A stretch of 64,000 nt of DNA from Catajapyx aquilonaris (Eukaryota), in contig JYFJ02001779.1 of assembly GCA_000934665.2 (NCBI GenBank), forward strand, positions 1 through 64,000, written 5' to 3'. Both the position numbers and the translations under genes were made by a program. The notes beneath the pieces were generated by a model that made no database searches, was not told the DNA's origin, and saw only the letters and a program-made list of their open reading frames with translations. How positions within the stretch are numbered: position 1 is the first letter of the stretch; every line of letters starts with the position of its first letter. This document shows positions 25,801 through 39,900 of this stretch, piece by piece.

Positions 25801-26580
25801 CTTCGGGCTTCCAAGTGCCGCCCTAAGGCAAAGGACGATAAAAAACATTTTTCCAAGCATGAGGTGATTGACTTCTGCGGCGTTTCATTGTCGGATCGGC
25901 TACACCTTTGATATATATCGTCGCGTTAGTGTCGCGTGAACGCAGCTGTGACTTTCTTCCAGCTCGATGACAAGCCTTTTTCTCCAGGCTGCTTTTGAGG
26001 TCTCTGCCCGTCGATGGCTTCACACTCTGGAAAATATATTCTGGCCCATTATTCTCGTGGGGTCATTGTTAACTTTTCATGCATCAAGACTCAATAGCGC
26101 CCTTTTTTGAGTTGGGTGTGAAATAAGCCACACCAAAAAAAAAAGTAATACATTTAATAAACTTTTTTTTTCTCGATGACATTGGCTCGTTGATATTTTT
26201 TGTATTGTACTGTACATGGCACACATATGTTTCACTTATTTATTACTAGCTTCAAGATATACTACATTTAAGAAAATAAGCACTTAAAAATTTACAGCCG
26301 GTAGAATACTGCCTATCGGAAGATTCTGATGGATAGTGAACATCTTGACGAGATATGGAGATATTTAGCCTCTACACGTCAAACTCTTTGCTTTAACATG
26401 ATTGTATTGACAGTCACTCACGTCGGTACATCTCAGCACAAACAGTTAAAATTCGCACATTTGGTCACTCAACGACAATTTTTTGAGATCTGGGAAATAT
26501 TGATTCTCTGCAACATTTACATATTTTAATAATGTTTTAAACATCCGTCCATTTTTTGTACGTACGGTATAGGAGTATAA

Positions 26581-26673
26581 AGATGTATTCACAAACTCGC
26601 AAATTCTAGTCTGTATTAGCAAGAATTAAGCCTCGAGCTACGATCGTTCTTTGCGAGTTTGTGAACTCATTCT
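26581..26673. mobile_element. Small PIF/Harbinger (Tourist-like) MITE, 93 bp
   Basis: Perfect 16-bp inverted repeat TTCACAAACTCGCAAA (26588..26603) / TTTGCGAGTTTGTGAA (26650..26665), extending imperfectly to AGA...TCT ends. TAA on both flanks (26578..26580, 26674..26676) fits the TWA target duplication of this superfamily. Confidence 0.55.
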
Positions 26674-27576
26674 TAATCGACTTTTTCTTCTTGTCTGTTT
26701 AATGCACCAGCATTCAAGCTAGAGCAACTAGCCGTAACTTATCAGACACTGCACTTTCGAAACAGGCTTGAAGTATCACAGATTTAAAAATTCTAGCTCT
26801 GTATACTACCCATAACTAGGAAATTCAATTTCTGACGCCCAAAAATACTTGCAGGCTTTGAAAAATACGCCAAGAGCAACGTGAATCAAAAGGCTATGTG
26901 AGGTTGGAAATCCGTGACTAATACAGTACTATTCAATAATTCAGTACTCATCATTAGTATGGGACATGGAATGACCATTACCGCTCTCTATATCCTCTTA
27001 ATCGAACCAGAAGTGAGAAATAACGAAATACACTGTACTATACCATTTTAAAACCTACTCTTACTGAATGTTTTTCAAATAGTCCTTTCTCTTTTGTACT
27101 TTGCAGGTCGCAGTACCGTCGTGTCGTGAGCAAAAGGTAAGCTCATGCTTTGCTGCATGAATATTTTCATGCATTTCCTTGATGAGGTGTACGTCACGAA
27201 ACATCCGTCACGTTTTGGTCCAGGTGAAGGTGCAACATTTTTGGAAGGATAACATGTGCCTACATTTTTCTCACGTGGGTACATTGGCTCTTACCCATCC
27301 TCCCCCTCAGTATTCCAACAAAACATTATCAGTCGTACTAAACTAACAAAAAATTAGCTTAAAATGTAGCAAGCACATGAACGGTTTCTGAAGTTGAATG
27401 AAGCACTTAAGTTAAAACGAATAAAAAGCATGCTGGCGAGCCCAAATATTGAGAGTGAATAGCCAAGGAGACAATTTTTCCTTAGAAAATAATACAGTCG
27501 ACCTACACCAATGTACATCAATTAGTCGCACTTTTAGTGCGGTTAGTTTGGTCCATATTCGCATCACTTTTTTGGT

Positions 27577-27928
27577 TCATAACGCGGAGAAGGTTTCGTG
27601 AGCAGTTCCGTTCTTCTCAGCTGATTCAGACACCGGGTAGGGACACTTGGTGTCGACTCCGTTAATGTTTGGGTCCAGATGTCCCGAAGTTCCGTTGCTC
27701 TCTCGCAACTTCTGCTGCTTATGAAGCCCCAAATCCTCCGCCTTTCCGTTGCGAAGGGAGGGACAACGGCCTCTGAAAGTGGGTCCTGCTCCTTTAGGAG
27801 TTCCATCTTCTTCCATGACGACCAGAGAAGTTTCATCCGCTTTGATCGGAGAGCCTTTGCCTCTTTTGCTGTTGGGTCTTCGACGGAAGCTGAGGCTGGT
27901 CAGGAATGTCCGACGACTCGAACCATCC
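27577..27928 (-). CDS. CrzR: CrzR coding exon 5 (cytoplasmic C-tail; (R)DGSSRRTFLTSLSFRRR...HETFSAL*)
   Basis: Pyrimidine-rich acceptor TTTCGTCCTTTCTTACATATAG|G completes the phase-2 codon AGG. The frame stays open 352 nt through the listed ORF 27577..27816 to TGA. Ser/Thr/basic composition fits a GPCR tail. Confidence 0.8.
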
Positions 27929-30900
27929 CTATATGTAAGAAAGGACGAAAAACATATATTTTAAAACTTGCTGCAGTAGTTCCGGCTCACCTTATCACAT
28001 TAGCTGTTCAGAAGTCCAGAAGGTGTATTTGCAAATCATAAGCTTAATATCTCCCAAGCGTATTCTCGGATCATGGATCAGGTTATGTCAAGTCAAACTC
28101 TGAATGTGTCCGGACAAAGTGACAACCAGGATTGCTATTTGACCACAGAAAATGGCACGTTCGGATCATCCGGTTGCTCGGGTATGGCTTCCGGTATTAT
28201 TAGTTGAATGCATGTCGTCCTGAATTTATCAGCCGGATACTGTAACGCGTTTGTGCAAAGCCTGCGGGGGATTTCTGACTATACCACGAGCTCGAGTCCT
28301 TGTTACTTGTGACAGGGATTTTTGTTTGTGGCTTCAGCATGTTGGCAGCTTATTATTCGGTGAATAAAACGGAAAAGGAGAATAATAAGCGGACTCGCGT
28401 ATTTCTCATTTTGAAACCAGATTATGGTGGAGAGGTACTGGATGTGATATAAAGCGGCTTAATTATAAGCTGGACTTACAAAAGGAACTGACGCGGTCGG
28501 AAATGTACTTTGCAATTTTTCAGTTGCACCGAGGAAAATTTATGACAAATTGGCGCACATGTTGTTCACTAACATTGATATTTACAGTATAAACATGGTA
28601 ATGTGTAAAATCCATTTGCTGATGGATTTGGCATTGCATTTGGAAAGGTGTGTTGCGTCTATGTATTGTGGTCCGTCATGCATACTGATTTCAGTAGGAA
28701 ATACCATGTGGCTCTAGGATGATTTGGCTCGAAAACCGGAGAAGATTGGTTACCAGTTTTGGTGCGAAATGAGCTCCCTTTTTTCTAGAATAAGGATTCA
28801 ATTTGCCTAATGGCTGAAAGAGATTTTCGCAAAAACAGAGCCATTATAATACAGCAGCAGCAGGCAGCGACTCAGCTAATCATCAGGTGTCGGCATCTAA
28901 CTCTCCCCCTGTGACCAATCCGTCCGACTGCAATTTTTTGCGCATGAAAAAAAACTATCCTGATTAATGCAGATTTCCAGCAGCCCCAACCTGGCATTCT
29001 CTCTTTGGTTGAAACAAATTGCTGGCAATGAATACTGGAGAGGTCCTCCCTCCCTTTCATTCCCTCGCCCAGCAGTCTATTTTCGCACCCCGTTTACCAC
29101 GGCGAAATTGGAAGAACTTGATGAAAGTAAAGCCCAGCATGGGAAAAGAATCTGAGAGCAGCTGGGCAGACCAGCAAATAAAGGTGTCGGGGAAACGTGT
29201 TCTGGTGTAATACAACCATCAAATATGAGGCAAGGTGAAATGACAAGAAAAACAACTTTGCTATTTATAGGCCTGGGAGCCAGAATTTTATTACTGATAT
29301 TATTGTAGTAAGTGGACTATGAAATGCCATTACGTTATCAGACTAGACATTATCTGCCTCTTTACTGGGCGTAACAATTCTACATGTTACGTGCAATGTG
29401 CACCATATAGGTATAGTTTTTAATATATCTGCCCGAGAAATTAAGTACCGGTACTGCAGGCCTGCACTACGTGTTTATTTTACGGAATGAGTTACGGACT
29501 TGAATGGAGCAAAGTGCAATTCTGCCAGTCTTATTACTATTATTGCAAAATGGTTTTATTGTATAAGCGTAGCCTTTTTTTTTGCCCGCTTATCGCGTTT
29601 GGGTTGGAGTAATGGGGTAGCATTAAGAGGTTTCACGTTTCAGATCTAAACTGAGATAGAGAAGTATGAATATTCTGAAAGTGAACACAGTGAACTACCT
29701 TGAGGCTGTCTAGGAAGCAAAGAAGCGAGAATGGCTAGAGCCACTAAGAATGGCAAAGTGCATCTAGGCAATAGGAGTATAATGGGAGGAAATAAGGTCG
29801 TAAAAGGAGGGTTGCAAGGGCGACAAGGTCAAGGGGCACACATGGTTTTATAAGGTAGCAGGTGAAGGGCACATATAGGTCAAAGAAGGACCCCTGAATT
29901 AGACAGCAATAGTTGCAATCAGTGTCATAAAAATTCGCTTTCATCCGCGCGCAAAGTTAGTAAAAGTGTTAGGCTACACTACGAAACTCTATCCTTCAGA
30001 ATGTTGCCTCGTGGTGTAATACGGCAGGAGGAGCGCGGTAACTTCTCCTGGAAACAGCGGCGGGTGACAGCAGTTGCACTTCCTCCAATACACTGGCCCG
30101 TTGTGCAAACGAGCACGTCGCCAAACAACCGAGGCTACATTTATTGGCAAATTCGTCGGGTATATGCAGTAACATTTGGGCACTCAAGCTTCATGGGGCT
30201 TGATACTAACCGGCCTGAGACGGTTTGGAGAACGAAAACTAAAATATGATTTGTTGCCATAAGCGATGCAATTTGGAGGCGAGTCGTTGAACCTCCCACT
30301 TCAGGGTTCAACTTTATTACAAACATTGAATGTTGGTAGGTGTTTCGTAATATTGTCACTGCTGTTGAGAAATTCTGAAGCAGTTCAGGATATTATTCAG
30401 TATATCTATGAGATCATTTCAGAGTAATCTAAATATTAAATAATTATCATATCTGTAATGATTATGAACTGCTTGGGATATACGTATTGTGTAATCTGTT
30501 GGACGTGTCAGGATTTCGCCCTCGAGTGTTTTCTTTCCGCACCATCAAGCGAATATCTTGTGCATTTAACTGCCACATCGATTAAAAAGAAACTGCAGAA
30601 TTGCTACTCTCTAATGAGGTACTCCACAGCCAGGGGAATCGATATGGTAAGCATAAACCACTACAAAATCGACATTTCAACGGTAATGTCCTCAGGTATG
30701 ACCATAAAGTTGGAGTAAATGTACTATACGAACAGCATGTTGTGGAAACCGTAATTTTCCAAATAAAATGGGGTGTTCATCTAGGCATGTAATTGCAAAA
30801 ACCTTCTTGCAGGAACTCCGTATCAGCACAAGCTGAGACGCAAATGGAAAATTGGGGGTCGGAAATCCTATAGCATGTCGTCACGACCCGTTTTAAACCA

Positions 30901-33900
30901 ACAAAGTACGGGATAGGTGGCCCAATGGAGGCGGTGCGTTTTAAATTTACATTGCACATTACGATTCAATATCACAAAAAATGTTGAAATTGCAGCAAGC
31001 GCTTAAAACCTGAGGACAAAAAAATTGGGCGAAAATTCTGCGGGACGAAATATCTCTCAGAAAAATGTCAATGGACACGTTGTTGACCAATATGATTGTG
31101 CGAAGTTCTATTGTCCAATGCATGCTTCCTGAACTGAAAAAAACACATCTACGTACAAGGCCTAAGGCTGTGCCAAATGTTTGCTGTTTTTCCAGAAACT
31201 TTTTTTTATAGTGAATATCAGTCGGTACCAGTGAAAAACTTTTGCCGATATTCCCAACACCGGAATTGGCAAGGGAGATTTACGTGCTAGAAATGGCAAG
31301 CGCTGAATATAGGTCTTGCTAATCGAAGTCGACGTGCATGGCTTCATTCATAAAGTGATCGGCGGGCCCCAAAGGATCGCAAACTTTCATTAGAACTAGG
31401 ACGATTCGACTGTTTTAAGTAGATTAAAATGGGAGACTGCCCGTCGGGGGAGACCGGAACAGGATATGTTCAAAGCAATGGTGCGCGTAATCTTGCTACT
31501 TGAGTCATTGTTGTTTAATCAGTGGTGTAGATTGTATTCACGCTATATACCCAGGTATTCGGAAAAAATATATAATTATTTGATTTGCGCCTGACGTCGA
31601 CTGAGCCACCAATTACCTACATCCACCACATGAGCCTTGATAAATTCCCCTCACTACATGTTGCAGCGTACATGTTAATTGCCCGTAAAACGAAAATTTC
31701 TCTAGTCCAAGTACCTAGATTCATCATTGCAGTACTTAATCTGAATGAACCTGCAGTTCCTCTAAACGAATTTCTCAATGTCAGTGTCAAATGGTCCGGA
31801 TTCATAATTACGCGTATCAAAATAATATGTTCTGCATGAGAGAATGTAGGTGAAGTTCAACCATTTGCTACGCTTGTGTTCCGCATGTAACAGCCTGCTA
31901 CTCTCCGACTGTATGATGTCACATTGAAACAGAGAGCAACTAATGATGTCTAATCAGTAGCAGCTTGTTTTTAAAGCCACTTAACGCTGTGGTAGGCGAA
32001 AGTAATAGCTGCCGAAAGTCTCCAAATAGCCCATTTTAAAATGCACAATTTCCGGGATCATCTAGCCGTAATTCCACGCCCGCAGAGTTTTTAGTGGCTT
32101 TGTGATATTAAATGATAGTGTCTCTAATTAACGTACTTAAAATATCAACCTGTTTCTGAAATTGACTACTTACAGTCTACTAGGTGTCACGGAATTAATT
32201 AAAAATCGTCTTGATCGAGTCTTCATTGTGTACATAACTATAGTTGAGAATAATCAACATTAAGATGTAATAACAATCGATAGTTTTAACGACATTGTAA
32301 TCACACCGCTTGCACACGTGTAATTGCAAGTTAATTATTTGCATAATGGCACTTCAGTAATTGTTATCAGATTGTTGAAGCGCGTAAATTAAAACAATAT
32401 GTTCAATTACAGGCGTTGGCAATGCGCATGATGCACACAACATTCGCCAAATCCTAGTAATTGCATTACCACAGAAGACGAAGTTTCACCGTAATGACTG
32501 CAGCTTTATAATAATTACACACGACACAGCGTGCCTGCGACGCGACGACGACGGGCCCATTTTTTAGTGTCCTGAGGTACACTAATTGACACGTCTAGCT
32601 CCCCGAAGAGTGCAGAAATATTGATTCACTTCCATTGCTTTTCCAGTATGTATGCTCGGGATGAAGTGTTCCTGCACATGTCATATTTACCGGACACTCA
32701 GAACGACTCAGAATAATTTACGTGGCCAGCTCTCCAAAAGCTGATGTAATTTTTTGCCATGACTCTCCATTTCTCTTCTCGCAAAATACCTGCAAATGTT
32801 CAAGAAAAAAATCTTTAAAAAGTTGATGTTAGCTGCCTCCTTTGACCAAAATGTGGCTCTTAATTACTCTATGTGGCCTACCGTTTTTCTGGCGTCAAAG
32901 CTTTACATACTGTACAATCTCGGCCTTACAAAAAAATATGCCCTTGTCGCAAGCCACACGGTGTTCCAGTGCATGGTCTTTTAGTGCTTTTGACAATAAT
33001 TTGTGTGTTAGACTTACAAAAGCACCCAGCAATCCTCTTAAGCTCAGTTTTTCTGTCGCATTCAATTGAATTTGCACTCAAAGTGACGGAAATGTTATTT
33101 CTGAATTAAGTAACTTGCACTTCATTCACACTGCATACATTATATCATAGCCTATATACCCTATAGCGCACCAAACAGGTATGTAATTCCCACGTAACAA
33201 TCCAGATTATACTTGAACTCGATATTGTACTTTTTCCACCACTTTCTGTACTGTACTGTACATTTGCCATGTGCAGGTAATGCGAAAATTCATCATTTTG
33301 CTTGTTTATTTTCCCACCGAAACACATGGCCAGATGGTGGCAAGAATACAGGGCGTTAATCATTGCCATGTAAATACGCAGCTATGCGGGTTTCAATTAT
33401 TATTACATTCTCGTATTGCATTCAACTGGTGTCCAACCACAGAACAGAAAATGGTAAAATCCATCTATAGTGTGTTACGAAACAATATGCCTAAACTGGT
33501 TATTATCCTGCTCGAGCAGCTTCGCATAAATTAATTCCACATGTTGGCTCAACACCGATTAGAAAACGAAGTCTCCCCCCGTTGTGATGGAGAACACCGG
33601 AAAGTTTCAGTGCCAGGTCCATCGATTATTCTGACCCGGGTTTGTGGATCGCCTTAATTTTGTGGCACGTCGAAGCAAAGTTGGCTCCAACCAACTGTGA
33701 TCCGAAGTTGGCTGAGCCTGGATGGTCTGCTCCACCCCCTTAAACTTGGTCCTAATGACCCACAAACCACAAGAGAAAACGATTAACGAAACGCGCAGTT
33801 TGACCCCTAAATGTTCATGTATACAGTATATCCGCATATATGGCATGAACCAACAACACTGTTGCTTCCAAGCTGAAAATAGGACCGCCAGCACAGCAAT

Positions 33901-36900
33901 AAGAGTAAGCGTGCCTGGAATCTTACATGTTCCTTTGCCCAATTTGGGCCAGGAATTCCGGTCGTACCCCGGCAGAAATTGGGTTCCACTCTGTGAATAA
34001 GTATAGGTGGAGAGCATCTAGTCGGAAGTAGGTAGAGTGCCGGTGGTTTTCATGGAATTTGGAGAGTTGCCTGGGCTGTACTCCAAATATAGTGCAGTTT
34101 TTACCGCATCCCACCGGTATAATTAAATGCTTCCGAGTTACTTTTACAGGGGAAGGCATACCCCCTAGGTAATTTCCAGGATTTTTTTTGCAGTGTGTAG
34201 CTCGAAAAATTAGATGTAAAATCCATAAACTTCACTACTTTTAAAACCGAGTAATGGCAGCAATATGTGGCCGTGGTCCTTGCATCCCGTATGTGCTTGT
34301 GTAAGTCATACATTGTTAGACTAATTTTAGACGTATTTTTACGTCTAAATAAGGGATTTGAACAAGAAAAGCATTTTCGTCCGTTTCGAGGAGGAAAAGA
34401 AAATCCGGGCAATTATCAGGGTCTTACCGACTGAAATGTATGTTTCAATAGAAACATGCGAACAAAAGTGAAATAGTAAAGTGAATAGGGCAGGAAGGGA
34501 TTAAATGAGTGAGTTCGATCCAGAAGATGAAAAAGGCCTTTGACAAATGAGGGTCTAACGTCAGAGCCAGGTTTGAAAGTTATCTATGGGCAAAGATTCC
34601 CTCCCTTATTGCGTTCCTTTTGTCAGCGCTCCCAAATTGGCTGCACTGATTAGTTTAGTAGGCCTACAAAAGTAATAAGAATCTGACCTTCAACATTTAA
34701 CTTAGGCCGCCTGTAGATGAGAAAGATAATTTTTCCGGCTGGAGAAAAGCCAGAAAATTGCTGTCAACAATGAATAATAAAATTACCTGGCTCTTGTTCA
34801 GCCAGGAAATGTTTTCTGGAGGCGTTGCAACGAGATGTGAACAAGATAAAGAGGCGGGGAAAAATAAATAATATGCTATTAATTGCGCAACTTCTAATTG
34901 AAAAAATCGGAGTTTACTGGCACGTTATTAATACCGTAATTGCTTTTAGGATCATTAATGAACATGATTTAAGGGTGATATTTTTTTACAAGCACTATGT
35001 TTAGTGTCAGACCTAAAATGTGCTTACTTTTAGAAAATATTCTGCCGTACCCTAATATGTGGTGTGTTGCGTAACTCTGTAATTAACGAGCTGCTCCTGC
35101 TTCATCACTCATTATACCCATCCAATAGTTCATGGGATGTTTATCCACGTACACACTGGCCAACCGCATGTGGCTATTTTTAAAATGTCAAAAAAGTGGT
35201 CGGGAGAAAATGGGATTCTGCTCCCTTTAATAAGAGCATGACATACATAAACGAGCTTTCAGCAAGCGTACCTGATGGAGCGTACATTTATTTGTCTCTA
35301 CGAACTTATCTTTGTAACTAGCCTCTATCATTCCAGAAGTTATCCAGAAGTTTTCGAATTTTCCCTCACAACTTTTGAAGTAGCAGCGTAAATCCTAATT
35401 TACGAATCGTCACGATAGTATCTTTCAATTATTCCGAATATTTAAAAAATTGGGGGAAAAATTGCGGCGTGCCTAATGGCGTTTTCAGACTGTTACAGAT
35501 GACCTGTAAACAGCTGTGCCAGTCAACATGGATTGTGTGGAGGTTAGATACAACAGATTGTGCCATCAATCTGGTGTTACAAGCTCGATAAAATTGTAGC
35601 CGGTTGGATAGCCCTGTGCAAGCGTTATTCCAAGCGCTTTTATAACGTGCTTCAATCGCAGCAATGCACTCATCATTCGCGACTGGGCGAAAAAAAATCG
35701 ACTGTTTTTTATCCCGAAAAATACATCAGCATTCTTCACGTTGCGGCATTTAATTTGTGGAACTGCCAATTGTTGGAGCAAAGCTCGTGTTTTTGGCTGA
35801 GCTTTGAAATGTGATGGCCTTTTTTTCTGCGTGATACAGATCGCAAATTGTGCCCATTTTGTCCTGCTTCATAATTCGGAGTTGTGACCCATCGAAAATT
35901 TAATTATTGAATGCACGGCATGTGCTACATATTTAGTTGTGCAAAATGATGTTCATAAATGCTCCTGCTCAGAAATGTTTGACTTTAAAGATTATTAGAA
36001 ATAACTTATAACGAACCGGATGTAACTCCATTGATTTCGGTACTATGACCATTTGTATGCATGATCTGAACCCAATTTACTGGACCAAATTGTGGCTATC
36101 ATATTTCATATGCTTCATGATACTGTAATTTCACATGCGTTTAGTAGGCATAACATGGCTTCCTGTCGGTTTATCGTGTCGACGGAAGCAGACAACTGAT
36201 GAAAATAAAGCGTGTAATCATTATTTTTGCATCATTCATAATAATTTGCATCACCATTACTTTCGTCCTTCGTCTGAATCATTGCTGAATTCCACACTTT
36301 ACCTTGTTCTTCTCGAAATGCAACTGTTGGCTCTTCTCCTGGGTCTCCAAAGATGAAACGCCCCGTAAATGACCGGATTCACGACGCTGTTGGACATTCC
36401 GAAGAAGAAGATGCCCATCTCCAAGTCTTTACTGAGCTGTAACGATAATAATTACAGGCCACATTACTGTGCGAGTCGTACACCTGTTGCAACACTCCTC
36501 ATTCTCCTAAAACCTGGCATGCACACCCACGGCAATCAATAGAACAGATATTATCCTTGGTCGAGCAAACTTGGCTCTTATTAGAGGTCCCATTTATATG
36601 CAGATTGCGACGTACCAAGTCTCAAGAATAAGCTGCTGCCTTACCACCTTCCAAGTTCCTTAATCTATTAGATTCTGGCACGTATCCGGGACATGAATGT
36701 CCCGGACGCTTTTTATCCACACCTCGAGTTTTTTTGGGGAGAGGGGGCTGATGTTTATTTGATATCTTTCTACAATTCACCTGTGGGGCCATCGCTCTGA
36801 AAAACTAAGCCGGGTTGGGAGACTAGTTTTATGGCAAAGTCATGTAAGGTTGCAGTGTTAAAGAAGACTGAGAGGATTCCTGGTGGAATCGGAAAGGTCG

Positions 36901-39900
36901 GGGCTGACAGAGGTCATTAAGTGGATACTTCTGTAACCTTTTGTGAAGTCACGTTCACAACGGGAAAAAATTTGGTGGTAAGAAAGATATGGAATGTAGG
37001 TCGTTTTCTGTCGGAATGCAAAAAAGCAGCGGGAGAATAATACGCGGGATTTTTTTTTTCAAAAAAGAGAGTTTTCCTTCCCTTTTTATCTCAGCCTTTT
37101 TTCAAATCGATAGCGGAAGAGTTGAAAAACATACGCATTTATCTTCTTCCTCACACAAGATGTCAAAGGATCAAATGGCCTGATATCATTAACTCCATGT
37201 AAGTGAGACACCCCACTTTCGATTACGAGCCTCCGATATCGACTAGGAGGAGTGAAATAACAGCTCTTTTTAACCACGGCCTGTCGCTAAAATCATGTGA
37301 CGAACGGCCTGGTCCACATAGTGTTTTAGATGAGGTTTTACAGCCTAGAACCTACCCAAAAAGGGGCGCACTTTTTCCGATATTAACGGCCAGAGCTTAT
37401 GAATTTGGACGTGTATCGATGTAGACGATCAAAAGCAGGCCGCAGAATATTTCTGGACTCTTTTGTGCTAGACGATTGAATTGGAAAATTGAGCGTTAGT
37501 CATTTCCCTCCGTAGAAACAGGAAAAAGGAACGATATTTTTTTGAGTTAGAGATTTCTTTGAGAAACGGAAAGGCTGAATAATAGCAGGCTGCTTCAGAC
37601 AAGAAGCTCATTCTTGACTGCAATAATGAAATGCGAGGACGAGTGTTTGTCAGGAATAAGTTGATACTGAAGGCAAAGGAATTCAAGAGGGCAAAGATCA
37701 ACAGCCAATTTAAATAAATGGAAAACGGAATGCTTTTACTTAGAGTCGTCTCGTACAAAAGCAAGGAGCAGGAAAATTGCGTCGCAGCGTCATTTTGGAA
37801 TGGAAAAGAACCCCGAATTGGAAAAGGGCGCAGTGCTCTGACTTCCCAAAAATGGCTGTTAAATTACTGTTATTAAAAATAGCGTTTCATCACAATCGCT
37901 CGCCGTTCGAGTTCGTAATCATTTCACAGCTCATTTAAACGGCCGCACCGGAGCAATCAAAACCGATTGATTGCGAGGTCAACAACCGAGGTAGCTATAC
38001 GTACATGCTCGTCAGGATCCAAGAACATGAATATGATCATGGTGAAGTAGTAAGGCGTCCAGCAGATGATGAAGGCCAGGACGATGACGACCGAGATCCT
38101 GAGGGACTTCATCTTGGCTTTCCGCATGATTTTCCTTCTGTTGAAATCAGCCGGGATGAAATGGCTGTTTGGTGTCACTTCCGTCTTGAACATCTCTTCG
38201 TTTTCTAGCGAGAAAGTAGACGAAAAAAGAGCTCAATTTTGTCATGTACTATCCAAACCCTGATTGAGATCGGTGTCTACAGGGGGGCATGTTTAATTTC
38301 CGCTCCATTTAAGAATCTTCCCTCTAGGCCGAATAAATTGGTAATAAAATAGAGCCATCAATTTGCACGGCTGGGAGTTAATCACTGCCGGGTCGGGTCT
38401 TAAGAGGTCGGATTTTGTGTTTCGCTTCAAGGATGCTCGCAGTCAATATAATTTACGGGCATGAATCCTCGGGAGGAGCCAAACAGGATTGTTGTCAAAC
38501 GCTGGGCAATTAACCTAAGGCATTCACGGTCTCGAGTTCTGAACTGTCCTGTATTCTCGTTACGACAATGGGTTTTCAAGTGAGACAAAACGTGGAATTA
38601 ATGAGGTCTGTATTTGGCCAAGGTAGACGTCTGGATTTGGCTTGAAAGACGTTGAAAATAGCGGGTTATAAACTCGAAATAGGTCTTGGGCTATGACGTA
38701 AGCTGCTCCCCCAAATTTTCAAGTGAATGTGAATCAGTAGCGTTTCGAATTTCAGAAACTTTTGGTTGAAGGCTGCGATTATTCTTGGGAGGTGAAATAG
38801 AGTGATTAATGGGCCTCAAAGTTAGGAAACTAACAAAGAGCAAATGGTGGGGAGCTTGATTGAAGGCGAAGAATACGATCCGGAGCATGAGAACTTGAAA
38901 GGACCCGCGTCTATAATGATGTTGAAATTGAACCTGCTTGCACCCACGCAATTGTATTTCTGCAGGTCTAATTATTGACTTGATGTCAAATATTGCGGGT
39001 AGTGTACACGTGGGAAAGCAGCTTTTAGTTTTATCACTCTCACTGTCGCATTAAATTACATCCCAGGTTAATTGACACATATACGGTTGCTGAGCATTAG
39101 CGCATGTGGGAGTAATTGTACAGAAATTATTATAATGCGGAGCACCGTAGGCTGCGTATAACGTTATACGATTCCCACTTGCATCCAAAACCTCAGGTCC
39201 TGAAGCGGCTTTCCCAATTTATGACAGCAGTGAAGAGACGGATAGTTAAGAGCAATAAACAAGGAAATGTGGCGGTGGGTAGGCGTTTTCCCTAAGGATC
39301 AGTGCGCCGCTCTCGGCTTAAAAGCCGTCACAAAATTAAAAGCTGATGAGCTATTTCGGCGTCCTTATCCGGAACAGCGTTTTACAGGCCTATCCAAAAG
39401 ATGCAAATGACAAGTAATTGCATTATAATAAAATAAAATGTTGCCGACTCGCCTGATGTCTTTTTGCCAGTAAGTGTGGCAGGGAGTTACTAGTAATACA
39501 TTGAAAAACAATGTTCAATGTATTGTAAGTGTCTTGCTCAATCTTCATGAACCCATGAACTTTAAATGGCGTTGCTACTACTCTACTGCGCTATAATTAA
39601 CACAATATACAACAGTGCAATCGCACGGGATACAATCTAGTCTTATACCAGGAAGACAAATTGCAATGTTCCGTGCTACTCCTTTAGTGGAAATTGTAAG
39701 GGACTCCCAAGAAAGCAAGAGATAACGTGAGACTATATCTAACACTATTGCTTCAAAGGCCTCTCCTTTTGGCTCTTGATCACTTCCTAGATTCTAACCG
39801 GCTATGTAAATAATTAAAAGGGAGTTAAATGTGAAAATGCTGGTTTTCCACAATAGGGATAATATAACTTTTCCACGACCCTAAAAAGCCAGTTTTTCCC

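Noticed and set aside
34040..34197. TTTTTTTGCAGTG end resembling a CACTA/CMC non-autonomous element terminus
   Set aside because: No matching opposite terminus or target duplication located.
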